Below are positions 39,901 through 51,985 of a stretch of DNA of 64,000 nucleotides, piece after piece. Positions within the stretch are counted from its first letter, which is position 1. Every line of letters starts with the position of its first letter. Position numbers and translations under genes: made by a program. Below the pieces are notes generated by a model. That model did no database searches and had not been told where the DNA came from. It worked only from the letters and a program-made list of their open reading frames with translations. The DNA is from Lytechinus pictus (taxonomy: Eukaryota). Location: positions 40,302,001 through 40,366,000 of the forward strand of contig NC_087245.1 in NCBI RefSeq assembly GCF_037042905.1. Reading direction: 5' to 3'.

Positions 39901-42900
39901 TTTAGCATACTAGTTATGTCACAAAAACTTAGTCTTTGTTTTTATAGAAAATCATATTAAAAAAGAGGACTTTTAAAGTCATCACATGCCCCTATAATGA
40001 TACATTTAATAAAACAATACACAATGCTCAATTTATATCATAAATGATCACATCTAACAGACAATGCTCGATTCATATTTTCAGTGTTAACAAAGCAAGT
40101 TACCTTTATATTCTTTTTGTCACATATAGTTTAAAATGAATATTTCTTAACTCAAGCATTATTTCGAAGTAAGAGTCACTAAAATCTATTGTATTTTTTT
40201 TTCTAGTACTCACCCAAATAAGAGATTACAGCCAGCTGCTACGAAACACCCACTTAGATACATGAATTTAGCTCCAATCACTGGTAGCTAGAGGGAGATG
40301 AAATCATGAACATTTATTGATGAAAAAACTGTTTGAAATGCGGGTTACTTTCCATTAAAAGGTCTCTGTGCATGTGCCACTCATGTACTGTATGGAACGA
40401 GTTGAGAAATAAAAAATCTTAAAACAGATAAGAAAATATAAGACAAATTGTACAAAGTCAAAATCGAAGACTCAACAATCATATGTATGGAACGAGTTGA
40501 GAAATAAAAAAAATCTTTAAACAGATAAGAAAATACAAGACAAATTGTACAAAGTCAAAATCGAAGACTCAACAATCATATGTTTCCCTGCCAAATTGTG
40601 AATTTTAGAAGGTACTCATATACCTCTTTTTCCTTTTTATACAAGATAAAATCTTAGTGAGAGAGGGAGGGGCTAAATGTTCTGTTGACCCTTATTCCAT
40701 CATCCTACTTCTCCCACTTAAGTCCTATCTCACCCCCTATTCTCCCAACTCCCATGAACACATTGCTTATATCCACGTGATAAAGTTGAAATGCTGACCC
40801 CCAAAAAGTGTAATTTGTGTTCACTCATGCATTAAAGTTCAGTTTGATAATTCATGAAATTTGCTTAAACAACCAAAACTGGTCACGGTTGATCATTAAT
40901 TCATCACAACACCCTTAACTTTGCAATTTCCAAAGCATTTGCCTCTCAAAAACTGACAGAAATTGAAAGGCTAATTCCAGCCCAGCCTAATTTTCATACC
41001 CTTTGCTTTGGTGGGCGTGCTCGCTCAAGCATGAATAGTTTTCCAACTTTTTGGTGTTATTTGAAAGTTGAGTCTATTGACTTTCCATTTATATAAGTCT
41101 TTCCCCCAAAGTGATATATTTTTTATTTGGCAGCCATTTCAAAAGTATAGTTTTTTGGGGGACGCACTGTATATTGACATGATTTGACCTTAAAGAAAAA
41201 AGATACCATTGAAGAGACTATGTTTGAACTCATATTAGTTGCTTTTGTCACAATGCAATGAATACAGCCACCTGAAAAGACGCTAAAGGTAAACAGCCTT
41301 TGAAGATTAATCTTGCTTTGATCCTCAAATTGGCAATAATCAGTAAGTAAATGGCTATTTATTTCATATATCAAATATTTGCTGTGAGTTGAAATGAATA
41401 ACAAATGTTGTTAATGAATAACAACAAAAATAGTTACCAACTTTGATTTTTTTTACCTGTTATTTAATTGCTTTCACCATAAAGCCAATTAAGAGAAGGT
41501 ATTTATTTCCTTGCATCAAACAGTTGTTATTTAGGAATGGCACCACATAATAATGGCACTTTTTTATTGACCAGCCACTCTTAAACCAACAATAAGTCAC
41601 CTATAATGAATTGTATGATTTTCAATGATCTTGAATATTAAAATTGATCGTAATAACCAACCCAAGTACCATAACAGATAGAATACAGAAGAAATTATGT
41701 AACAGCTTCAAAGAATAAAGAGAAAACAAGGCTTTCACTTAATAAGCATGAGATGGGCACACTGTGCAATCTCAAGAAACCTCCGGGCAGTCCACAAAAT
41801 AGGGTGTCAAAGAAACTCTTGTATCTTGTCTTTTTATCAACTTCGCTACTTCAAAGGTTGACAGCATGTAGAAAAAGAATATAATCATATTCCATGTGTG
41901 ATTGCTAGCATTAAAGATAAGGAAGGACTATATACTGTACAAAATGTGTTAAAAATTGGCTGATACATGTAATTACCAGCAGCTGGCATTTCAGATTAAA
42001 TGTACATGTGCAAATACTGGAAAGGGGAGGGGGGTGGTTTTAAACTCACATATTTTCCCCAGAATGGAGATGAGATGAAACTGACAAGAGCGAAGATACC
42101 AAACACCAGTCCTGTCTCAGCTGGGGTAACACCTTTCTTCTCTGCCTGAAGTGAATAAAGGCCAAATAAAAAGGAAACAAATGAATTCAAAATGACAGTG
42201 TCCCATGATCAGATCAGGGGGGCGTTTCATGAAAGGACTTGTCGGACGTTTTATCCGACAAGTCCCATTTTATCCGACAGTTACCATAGTAACAGTACCT
42301 CTCAGCCAATCAACATCAGAGAAAGATGTCAGATCTGACAACTTGTCGGATGAAAATGTTGTTGAAACACTCCCCAGGGGTCCGTTGCAGAAAGAGTTGC
42401 AATCAATCGCAACTCTAAAAATCATGCGCAACTTGATTTTCAACCAATCAACAGCGCGCGTTTGGGACTTGCGACTGATTTTTTTACTTGCGTTTAAACG
42501 CAACTCTTTCTGCAACGGACCCCTGATCAGTGAATGTAGCCTATAATTCAAGGCTCTACACTAACTTTTTTTCTTGGTGGCCCAAATGGTCCACCAAAAT
42601 TAGAAATTTCACATTCTTGGTGGCCCGCAAGGCAAATGTGGTGGCCCTAAAACAATAGAAAACATTACAATTTATCAAAACTTTGGTAGCCCAACTGTAC
42701 CAAGTGTGGGCTTTTGCAGAATTTTGGTGGCCCTACTCTCATTTTTGGTTGCCCCGGGCCACCAGGCCACTGCTAATGTCTAGCCCTGCCTACATAATAC
42801 ACCACAGTGAGCAATAACATAAATGCCAGCTGTGGTAAAAATTATAAAATGAGTAATGAGTTTGAACAGAATCCAATAAAATGACTACAAAATGTTAAAC

Positions 42901-43745
42901 AATGTGCTAAAATAATTGTTAGGAAAGAAGCCAATTGCTGAGAAATTAGCAAAACAGGCATGGAATTCCTCCAAAATGTTGGGTCTTATTCAAAGCAATA
43001 ATACAATTTCAAAGAGTTTGTTTTGAACCAGATCTAGATGTACCATTATACAATAATTGACCTTGATTTGCAGATTTTCCCATGAATTAATGTTTGCAGC
43101 AATGTAATTTTCAGTCAGAATTTAAATATTTATATATTCATCAATTATTTTACAGCTCATCTAAAGCTTTGTTAAAGGGTCAATAATGTTAATTATGATA
43201 AGGAGTATCATCCAACACTCAAATCTTACAAAAGTCATAAAATGTTTCTAAAAATCTTACAGTGTAATCGCCATTGAATGTTTTTCAAATCTGGCATTGT
43301 TTCATAATCATACAAATTGAATATTGACAAGACTGAAATTCACCATGTCAATGTGGAAGTGTGTATACAATGCTTTCACTGGAATCATGACGGAGATATG
43401 TAGTAGTAGCCTACTTACTTCATTTGGAAAGAAAGGAGCCAGAACTGAGAAGGACATCATAGACGTCAGGTACATAGAGGCGATCCCAGCAAACGTCAGC
43501 TTCTGATTCAAGGTGAGTGGTTTGGATTTCTTTTCTTCTTCATCATCCCCGTTTTCAGGGTCCGAAGTTGGGTTGATGGAGGCTTGGTTGCTGTTGGGAC
43601 CATTTACGTGTACATCCGACGGATCGTCTGGAACAGGGCCAGATCCTACATCACCTGACGAATGGTCTGTATCCTGAACTTGGATGCTTCTCGAGTTTCT
43701 CTCATCTCCGTGGTCAGCCAGGAGCTTGACTTTATCATCTTCCAT
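27879..43745 (-). CDS. SLC18B1: MFS-type transporter SLC18B1-like (vesicular polyamine transporter family), 13 coding exons per isoform, about 511 aa
   Basis: All exons are GT-AG and in phase. Motifs include LAPFFPNEAEKKG, SPFWGKYLPVIGAKFMYLSG, FPDNIA, GPPLG..FYGIGGYKLPF, LGFSDPTLS, APFWGYIADK, LIGPSP, SGLFNGAFSLGTFVGPTVGG. Subfamily assigned from recalled similarity; it may be a paralog. Confidence 0.88.
28268..28411 (-). CDS. SLC18B1: SLC18B1-like coding exon 12
   Basis: TFVGPTVGGALVNQMGFDWSSTIFAGGCFVVVIVLSLFGVWEYQCGKG. Confidence 0.92.
29688..29762 (-). CDS. SLC18B1: SLC18B1-like coding exon 11
   Basis: WYGLPDNLSTQAILSGLFNGAFSLG. Confidence 0.92.
30223..31037. mobile_element. TTAA-flanked MITE carrying a SINE insertion
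   Basis: TTAAAGAGGGAACTCCAG ... CTGGAGTACCCTTTTAA. Confidence 0.7.
30590..30862 (-). mobile_element. tRNA-derived SINE
   Basis: Close to the reverse complement of 35554-35830; A/B boxes and ATT tail. Confidence 0.8.
31070..31165 (-). CDS. SLC18B1: SLC18B1-like coding exon 10
   Basis: KLWIIILSLALLGFSIGIGLMPAFLDLLISAK. Confidence 0.92.
32260..33330. mobile_element. Chain of three different Harbinger-like MITEs joined by CAG/CTG
   Basis: Units at about 32260-32890, 32894-33053 and 33057-33327, each with its own GGG.. TIRs. Confidence 0.75.
33348..33439 (-). CDS. SLC18B1: SLC18B1-like coding exon 9
   Basis: RVTRFMMVIGFYITGISFMLIGPSPLFNVEG. Confidence 0.92.
34040..35086. mobile_element. Pearl/HINE-like element with central tandem array
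   Basis: SubTIR GTCTCACCTGCAT / ATGCAGGTGAGAC; core units spaced 152/163/152/163 bp (34256, 34408, 34571, 34723, 34886); (GCC)n near the end. Confidence 0.75.
35293..35397 (-). CDS. SLC18B1: SLC18B1-like coding exon 8
   Basis: PPLNVHPSMVGVLFLLIGGTYGLFAPFWGYIADKK. Confidence 0.92.
35554..35830 (+). mobile_element. tRNA-derived SINE
   Basis: GTGGTCTAGTGG ... GAGTTCGAATCC ... CACTCGACCCAGGTGAGGTAAATGGGTA ... (TAT)n. Confidence 0.8.
36057..36199 (-). CDS. SLC18B1: SLC18B1-like coding exon 7
   Basis: KSDNKKEESGSVLAVLKIPAVSIVLAACMWGSACLGFSDPTLSIHLTS. Confidence 0.9.
36755..36842 (-). CDS. SLC18B1: SLC18B1-like coding exon 6
   Basis: IGGYKLPFIVLGCTAMVISIIDIFILPSL. Confidence 0.92.
36906..37181. 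mobile_element. Harbinger-like MITE (same family as 10831)
   Basis: CAG-GGGCCCATCTTACAAAGAG ... CTTTGTAAGACGGGGCC-CAG. Confidence 0.78.
37824..37892 (-). CDS. SLC18B1: SLC18B1-like coding exon 5
   Basis: GMLELFSGLGFACGPPLGSLFYG (motif C-like). Confidence 0.92.
39135..39282 (-). CDS. SLC18B1: SLC18B1-like coding exon 4B (tandem duplicate, 148 nt)
   Basis: FLVEIQGKTIFLTYCFLIRTVESLGFAAAITAGMAITANVFPDNIAQMS; atag / gtgagt. Confidence 0.82.
39389..39536 (-). CDS. SLC18B1: SLC18B1-like coding exon 4A (tandem duplicate, 148 nt)
   Basis: FLVDIESKTTFLAYCFAIRVVESLGSAATITAGMAIVANVFPDNIAQMS; acag / gtgagt. Confidence 0.88.
40214..40287 (-). CDS. SLC18B1: SLC18B1-like coding exon 3
   Basis: LPVIGAKFMYLSGCFVAAGCNLLFG. 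Confidence 0.92.
40389..40583. repeat. About 95-bp tandem duplication
   Basis: TGTATGGAACGAGTTGAGAAAT...AACAATCATA twice. Confidence 0.85.
42050..42145 (-). CDS. SLC18B1: SLC18B1-like coding exon 2
   Basis: AEKKGVTPAETGLVFGIFALVSFISSPFWGKY. Confidence 0.92.
42215..42525. mobile_element. Two Harbinger-like MITEs joined by CAG
   Basis: CAG|42218-42374|CAG|42378-42522|CTG. Confidence 0.75.
43419..43745 (-). CDS. SLC18B1: SLC18B1-like coding exon 1
   Basis: MEDDKVKLL...QKLTFAGIASMYLTSMMSFSVLAPFFPNE; acceptor at 43778, donor gtaagt. Confidence 0.88.
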
Positions 43746-44462
43746 GTCGCAAAGGGTCTTGTTATCGACCGAGGAACCTAATGAGGAAAAGACACACAAT
43801 TCAGAAAAGTTAAGATATATCAGTGTGGGGGCAAGATAGTAAACTGTAGCAAGAAGGTCAATAACACAAGTCGGTGTTTCAACTATGATTAAATAGCATA
43901 CGACTGATGACTTGGGGTGGTATTCTGGATCTATTTATCTTAGAAACAATGTTCATTTGTTTAAATCAGTCAAATAAAACACCTTTGAATTTTCTTTAAA
44001 TTACATGTAATATTCAGAGAACATTTTTACTTCATTTAAATGAAAAAGAAATTTTTGAAGCAATATCCAATGAGAAGGTGCGCTTGCACTATATAATAAC
44101 ACATCATTTACAGCAACTTCTATGAAAAATTAACTCTTGTTGAATATATCGTGCATCATTTCAGGGGCAACATAAATATTGTAAATAGTTAACCATTCTT
44201 GGTGTCGATATACAAATAGTGAATAGGCATGAGTGCGATGGTGCGGGATTTCGCATGAGGTGAAAGAAAGATGCTCTATTCAACGAGGCGTTAGCCACGT
44301 TGAATAGTGTCTCTTTCTTTCACCAAATGCGAAATCTCGCACCACTACACGAATAAGAATATTCGATTGCACGAATAAGAATATGAATTCACTATTTGTA
44401 TTGTACAACACCTCAGAGTTTAGCGAAAAATATGAAAGAACAAGAGTTTTTCCCCTTTCCCT

Positions 44463-44620
44463 GCAGTAATCTATATGAAAAGGGAGCAAAAATATTGAAA
44501 GCGAAAAGCAAAATCCCACAAACGCACATGACCTCGGGCAGCAGTAATCTATATGAAAAGGGAGCAAAAATATTGAAAGCGAAAAGCAAAATCCCACAAG
44601 CGCACATGACCTCGGGCAGC
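44463..44620. repeat. 78-bp tandem duplication
   Basis: GCAGTAATCTATATGAAAAGGG...GACCTCGGGCA at 44463 and 44541. Confidence 0.9.
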
Positions 44621-45046
44621 ATTGCGCAATTAGCCAGCAGGCTATACGCTTATTTCACCTTCAATTTTTACTGAGAGCAATGAATTGAATCGTATTGTGA
44701 CATCACCTCCCAAAGCCCTGAAACGGTACATTTTGATGGTACGTACTTGTGCAACGGTTCGAATGCTTGACATTCAGTCTCCCATTTGCTCGCGTATAAC
44801 TAGACCAAAAGCTTCAGTCTCTGTATTTGGTTGTTCCGCTGAACTGCGTTGGCTCACTCACCAATACATAGACTGAAGAGCTTGGAGGCTTGTACGTACA
44901 GACAACGTATTTTAGCAGTAACGTTAGATCTAACAGCGGAAACCCGATTTTCCGATCGTTTTTTTTTGTACATAAAATGTCACATTATGAAAAAGAAATC
45001 ACATCCATATTTACGAAAAAATGTTTAAAATTCAGAAATATCGTAC

Positions 45047-45140
45047 CTTAGATCGCATTTACTGCTAATTCTTTTCAAATGATGATCGAAACATCGTCAT
45101 CTTCGATCCTTTCGTTGGTCAATGTAAGTTGCCATCTTGG
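45047..45140 (-). other. Putative non-coding first exon (5' UTR) of the SLC18B1-like gene, with short uORFs
   Basis: CpG-rich. Has CAAGATGGC next to a CRE and a donor AAG|GTACGA. Splices plausibly to the acceptor at 43778, but has a stop in the main frame. Confidence 0.5.
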
Positions 45141-45330
45141 ATGACGTCATCATTCTTACAGACGTATTTACCAATCGCGATATATCGCGATTTTTGCCGC
45201 TGCTTTGCGCTTGTACTTGATTTGCGTGCGTTCGGAACTTGTCGCTCGCATTGATTGGCCAAGATATCGAAAATTTAATCGGAAAGCCTTGATAAAAGCA
45301 CAACTCGTTGACGGCTGCCATATTTTCCTC
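45130..45330 (-). promoter_or_regulatory. Putative SLC18B1-like promoter
   Basis: TGACGTCA (45142-45149), YY1-like AAGATGGC, 20-bp palindrome AATCGCGATATATCGCGATT (45173-45192), CCAAT boxes, local CpG enrichment. Confidence 0.55.
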
Positions 45331-47296
45331 TCGGGCAGAAAATTAAAAAAATAAGGAATAACCCGGGGAATAACTCATCGGTTACGTATATTTTCGATAT
45401 TTTTAAGATTTTACATATTATCAATAGAAAGATTAGAGTCTAACGAAAATAGTGGGCCTTCGTTCAAGATAATATAATGTCATTTAGAATCTAAAAGAAA
45501 TAAAAAATCTGGACAAAACCCACCCTCCGAATTGTCGGGCCAGATTACACATGCAGGCTCGCACTAACACACTACCGTCGGTAAATGGGGATCATAGTAA
45601 AATGTCAGAAATTGTTGAATAAATCCCCAGAAACGACAGTTATTCCTGTCTAGCGTATAACAAGCTAAGTAGGCGTTGTACAATGATTATTGTACTATTT
45701 TCCTTTATTTTCATTTCAATAGTTTGAGCTTATTCACATAGCAACTAGCAAGAGATTGCTGACATGACACTTCTTTTAGCCCACACCAAGTCATAGTGCA
45801 CCCAGTACTGTTCTGTTTAAAGACCTATTTCATTTTCATCTTCCTTCATATAGCAACATAAAAGCGCATCATCTATGTAGCTATAATTAAATACACACTG
45901 GCTGGACTGGATATATCTGCGCAGACGCTGCTCAGCAATGTATCATCTTACAAACACAAGGTGGAACTTTATCTCGTGATAAAATTATAATTTCATATTT
46001 TGAGAGCAAGGTTTTAAATCAGATTCAGAGAATTTCATTCAAAGACTGAATTAGAAAAAAAAAAGAGAACATTTAAACGGATCTCAGACTCAGTATAGTA
46101 TACCACTCCCGTTCTTATTATAGTTTGGAGCTAAATCTTAATCATTTTGTTTATTTCAGATCTACTTGAATTTTGAAATCTAACTTTTGCAGTGAGATTT
46201 CGAACCGGCGCCATTGAAATTTATAAAGCAGTGTTCCACAATTTGCTCTCTCGCCTTCGAGGTGGGTGGCCCTGGCCTAAACGCACATTTCGGTTTTACA
46301 CCCCGGCAAAGGATTTTTCGATTACATTGCAACGAACCTGACCTGGATGCAAAGTCTAGCGCACGATGCAAAAGTCGAGTTTTTTGTGTCACGATAGACC
46401 TTCATCCATATAATCGATGTACAGTAAGTGCGTTATTTATTTTTTCCTCTTTTATTTGGGGTGCTATTGCGACACCATTTTGGAGAGTATCCGCTGCCTA
46501 ATATTACACGGACGAGTCCTGTGGCCCATTTCTCAACACCGTCATAAGTCTAACTTCTTGACTAAATCGGAGATAGTGAGCTACTTGTCCGCTAACCGTT
46601 TCACGAAGCCCTCTTTACCAAGATCGGGTACAACAACCTCACTAAATATTTATGACACCTCCGAACCTGTCTTAACTTCTTTCTTAATGACGTAGTGGCA
46701 TCACGTGGGTAGACTATGACATGCGAAAGTGCCTAGAAATTTTAAAATTACAATCTTACGTAATCAATCATAGAGGTTGAAATTACATCACAAAACAAGT
46801 GGGTGAATGCATTCAATGATAATTGTAATTTGTAATACAAAGAAACTATAAAAACTGTTGGTAAACGCCACAAAACCATTAATTTTGAAATAGTAAAATG
46901 ATTTAATGGATAAAGATTCTACGTCAGGCCATCCATAACTGAACTCGTATTTGTTGTTTTCAGACCCCTATTAACAGTTGGATGAATTCTATCTCTAATT
47001 TATGCATATAATTTGTCCAATATCGTATCTTTCGGTATCAATGATTAAGAATGTTTCGTTAAACTATATTTTGATGACGTTTGGAATCGTAAAAGTCCGT
47101 ATAATTATCATCATTTTACAAAGAAAACCGTTATGGTTTACTTTCGTAAACTATTAAAATTTGATATCCCGGGGGTACCCATCTCAACGTCCACAAGTGA
47201 TTTTTTAGTCATAATTGAATTATTCATAATCTAATTTTCTCTGCAATTGAATGCTCCAGTCTTCATGGTCTAAGTATGTATGATGCATAATTCACC

Positions 47297-47919
47297 TTAA
47301 CCCAGGGAGCTCCGGCCCGCGCAGCGGGCCGGAGCCCAGGGGCTTACCGTGTAATTCACCATACCCACGGTAGTAGCGTGAAGTATGGTCTAAATAATTA
47401 TCCGAATAAATAGTTAAAATAGAAATTAAGCACTTACCACGATTATATGGATGAAGATCTAACGAGTGGCAGCTTCCTGACAACGAGGCACAGACTGGAA
47501 CCTCAAAAAACGAAAAGTTCTGTCGCGGTAGCTCTCCTTCTTTCAGAATTCATAGCAAAATGGCCGTTCGAGACCAGTACCGAGGGTGTAGGGCGCATGC
47601 GCGAATTTGACAAAGTCTATATGCGCTAGTGCTATAGCCTCGGTCTCGATCGGCCATTTTGTTTTGAATTCTGAAGGAGGAGAGCTACCGCGACAGAACT
47701 TTTCGTTTTTTGAGTTTCCAGTCTGTGCCTCGATGTCAGGAAGCTGCCACTAGTTAGACCTTCATCCATATAATCTTGGTAAGTGCTTAATTTCTGTTTT
47801 AACTATTTATTCGGATAATTATTTAGACCATATTTCACGCTACTACCGTGGGTATGGTGAATTACACGGTAAGCCCCTGGGCTCCGGCACGCTGCGCGGG
47901 CCGGAGCTCCCTGGGTTAA
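47297..47919. mobile_element. Fold-back (near-perfect palindromic) element nested in array copy 1
   Basis: TTAACCCAGGGAGCTCCGG ... CCGGAGCTCCCTGGGTTAA; about 280-bp arms; ATTCACC direct repeat flanks; absent in copy 3. Confidence 0.85.
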
Positions 47920-48941
47920 ATTCACCTGTGCTATTATTTTCAAAAGATTTCATCATATTTGCAATTTTGTAATAATTTTTCTTTTTGAAAATTATGCTAT
48001 TTTGTGACTAAGGCTACGTCTCGTCTGCTCTTTTTACTGATAGTATCGATATCAAGGTATTCTAGTTAGGAAGCCTTTCGAGAAACAGGTTTAGTAAGAT
48101 TGGAACTAACTCCGTGATTGGTGGATAAAGATATGACTAACTTGTCCATGTGTTGAGAAACGGGCCCCAGGGGCCCGTTTCTCAACACCGTCATAAGTCT
48201 AACTTCTTGACTAAATCGGAGATAGTGAGCTACTTGTCCGCTCACCGTTTCACGAAGCCCTCTTTACCAAGATCGGGTACAACAACCTCACTTAATATTT
48301 ATGACACCTCCGAACTGTCATAACTTTTTCTTAATGACGTAGTGGCATCACGTGGTTAGACTATGACATGCAAAAGTGCCTAGAAATTTGAAAATAATAA
48401 TCTTACGTAATCAATCATAGAGGTTGAAATTACATCACAAAACAAGTGGGATAATGCATTCAATGATAATTCTAATACAAAGAAACTATAAAAACTGTTG
48501 GTAAAACGCCACAAAACCATTCACTTTGAAATAGTAAAATGATTTAATTGATAAAGATTCTACCACGTCAGGCCATCCATAACTGGACTCGTATTTGTTG
48601 TTTTCAGACCCATATTAACATTTGGATAAATTCCATCTCTAATTTATGCATAGAATTTGTCAAATCGTATGTTTCGGTATCAAATATTTATTTTTGGTTT
48701 TGTTAAAACTATATTTTGATGATGTTTGGAATCGTAGAAGGGCGTATAATTATCATCATTTTAAAAAGAAAACCGTTATGGTTTACTTTCGTAAACTATT
48801 AAAATTTGATATCCCGGGGGTACCCATCTCAACGTCCACAAGTGATTTTTTAGTCATAATTGAATTATTCATAATCTAATTTTCTCTGCAATTGAATGCT
48901 CCAGTCTTCATGGTCTAAGTATGTATGATGCATAATTCACC

Positions 48942-49530
48942 TTAACCCAGGGAGCTCCGGCCCGCGCAGCGGGCCGGAGCCCAGGGGCTTACCGTGTAAT
49001 TCACCATACCCACGGTAGTAGCGTGAAGTATGGTCTAAATAATTATCCGAATAAATAGTTAAAATAGAAATTAAGCACTTACCACGATTATATGGATGAA
49101 GATCTAACGAGTGGCAGCTTCCTGACAACGAGGCACAGACTGGAACCTCAAAAAACGAAAAGTTCTGTCGCGGTAGCTCTCCTTCTTTCAGAATTCATAG
49201 CAAAATGGCCGTTCGAGACCAGTACCGAGGGTGTAGGGCGCATGCGCGAATTTGACAAAGTCTATATGCGCTAGTGCTATAGCCTCGGTCTCGATCCGCC
49301 ATTTTGTTTTGAATTCTGAAGGAGGAGAGCTACCGCGACAGAACTTTTCGTTTTTTGAGTTTCCAGTCTGTGCCTCGATGTCAGGAAGCTGCCACTAGTT
49401 AGACCTTCATCCATATAATCTTGGTAAGTGCTTAATTTCTGTTTTAACTATTTATTCGGATAATTATTTAGACCATATTTCACGCTACTACCGTGGGTAT
49501 GGTGAATTACACGGTAAGCCCCTGGGTTAA
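48942..49530. mobile_element. Second copy of the fold-back element, in array copy 2
   Basis: Nearly identical to 47297-47919, with a 34-bp deletion in the right arm. Confidence 0.85.
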
Positions 49531-51985
49531 ATTCACCTGTGCTATTATTTTCAAAAGATTTCATCATATTTGCAATTTTGTAATAATTTTTCTTTTTGAA
49601 AATTATGCTATTTTGTGACTAAGGCTACGTCTCGTCTGCTCTTTTTACTGATAGTATCGATATCAAGGTATTCTAGTTAGGAAGCCTTTCGAGAAACATG
49701 TTTAGTAAGATTGGAACTAACTCCGTGATTGGTGGATAAAGATATGACTAACTTGTCCATGTGTTGAGAAACGGGCCCCAGGGGCCCGTTTCTCAACACC
49801 GTCATAAGTCTAACTTCTTGACTAAATCGGAGATAGTGAGCTACTTGTCCGCTCACCGTTTCACGAAGCCCTCTTTACCAAGATCGGGTACAACAACCTC
49901 ACTTAATATTTATGACACCTCCGAACTGTCATAACTTTTTCTTAATGACGTAGTGGCATCACGTGGGTAGACTATGACATGCAAAAGTGCCTAGAAATTT
50001 GAAAATAATAATCTTACGTAATCAATCATAGAGGTTGAAATTACATCACAAAACAAGTGGGATAATGCATTCAATGATAATTCTAATACAAAGAAACTAT
50101 AAAAACTGTTGGTAAAACGCCACAAAACCATTCACTTTGAAATAGTAAAATGATTTAATTGATAAAGATTCTAGTTTTTTTCTACCACGTCAGGCCATCC
50201 ATAACTGGACTCGTATTTGTTGTTTTCAGACCCATATTAACATTTGGATAAATTCCATCTCTAATTTATGCATAGAATTTGTCAAATCGTATGTTTCGGT
50301 ATCAAATATTTATTTTTGGTTTTGTTAAAACTATATTTTGATGATGTTTGGAATCGTAGAAGGGCGTATAATTATCATCATTTTAAAAAGAAAACCGTTA
50401 GGCCTATGGTTTACTTTCGTAAACTATTAAAATTCGATGTCACGGGGGTACCCATCTCAACGACCACATGTGATTTTCTAGTCATGAAATAAACTATTCA
50501 TGATTTAATTTTCTCAGCAATTGAATGCTCCAATCTTCATGGTCTAAGTATGTATGATGCATAATTTACATGTGCTATTATTTTGAAAAGATGTATTCCC
50601 CGATTTATCACAATATTTGCAATTTTGTCATAATTTTTCTTTTTGAAAATTATGCTATTTCGTGACTAAGGCTACGTCTCGTCTGCTCTTTTTACCGATA
50701 AGGCGATAGTATCGATATCAAGGTATTCTAGTTAGGAAGCCTTTCGTGAAACAGGTTTAGTAAGATTGGAACTAACTCCGTGGTTGGTGGATAAAGATAT
50801 GACTAACTTGTCCAGGTGTTGAGAAACGGGCCCCTGGGCTCCGGCCCGCTTCGCGGGCGGGCCGGACCTCCTGACCCTGTGGCTGTGCCTGTGACAGTGT
50901 GTGCTGGTATCTATCGCACCTGTACCGGTACCTGCTGGGATTTCTATCTAAAAACTCTAAATTACTAATTCCTACAAATTGACAGCAACCCTTACTAATG
51001 AATAGAATAAATTCATGTCATTTATTGTTCTTTAAAAAGTTTAAGTTACTTACTTAATTTGCAGGAAATCGGGATTTCATTATCACGCTTTGATTCTGCA
51101 CAGCCACTGCATGCTGCCGGTATCGCTCGAATACAGAATAAGATTGCGAAAGTAAGGTCCCGTACGTACGTACGTACCGGTACCTTAATATTACTAGCCT
51201 ACTTTAAGCAGGTATATTTTATATAAACCCATTAAAAAATAGATGGTGACATTTCAGATTAAAAAGTGTTCCATGATTACACTAAAGTCTTTATCGTTCA
51301 CCAGTAGATCTCTATGAAGCATTCATGGACCTTCTACACTTAAATAAAAGTTTGCTATAATGTTTTCTTTTCAAAACTCTTTATAAATTAACCTCAGAAG
51401 AGGCCATATTGGACTTGGACGATCAGATAGGGGATCGGAACGAACAACAAATATAAACTCGAAATATTTTTTTTTTATTACAGTATTATCATTCGTTTGA
51501 TTATTGTGCCACTGTGTCGCAATCGAGATGGGAATGAGATTGCCACTTTGATCTCGCCCCTTTTCCCTTTTTCGCTTGCAATGTGCATAGATAAGATAAG
51601 ATTTATTGACTCTATCGACCCCCTCTCGGGGTATGAGAATACAAACATAGAAACCCGGGATAGAAACATATTTACAAAAGACATACAAATTTAATAAATG
51701 TGAACATAATAGTATTAAAAAATATTCAGCCTAGGCTATATTGAATACAGAGTAAATACAACATGTAATGTACATGAATGATATAACACAGAGCATAAGA
51801 GTTTGATATGGATTGTATAGATTAAATAAACAAAAACTAGTACCGGTATCATACTTGAGCTACATTTTTTTTTTGGTAATTTTTATTTCATTTTTTTTCT
51901 TTGAGTTTTTATTTGTTTGTATTTTAAAACGTTTTACAAGACTAGCCTGTCTGGCCGTTTGATTATCCTACCGCCGACGGGTACG

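Larger units (their letters stand above)
46522..50833. mobile_element. Three tandem copies of a ~1.03-kb Harbinger-like element (46522-48167, 48171-49778, 49782-50833)
   Basis: TIR GGGCCCGTTTCTCAACAC; copies separated by CAG and the array flanked by CTG. Confidence 0.88.

Noticed and set aside
47292..49274. Duplicated 60-63 aa ORFs as a small gene family
   Set aside because: They are by-products of the duplicated palindromic element.
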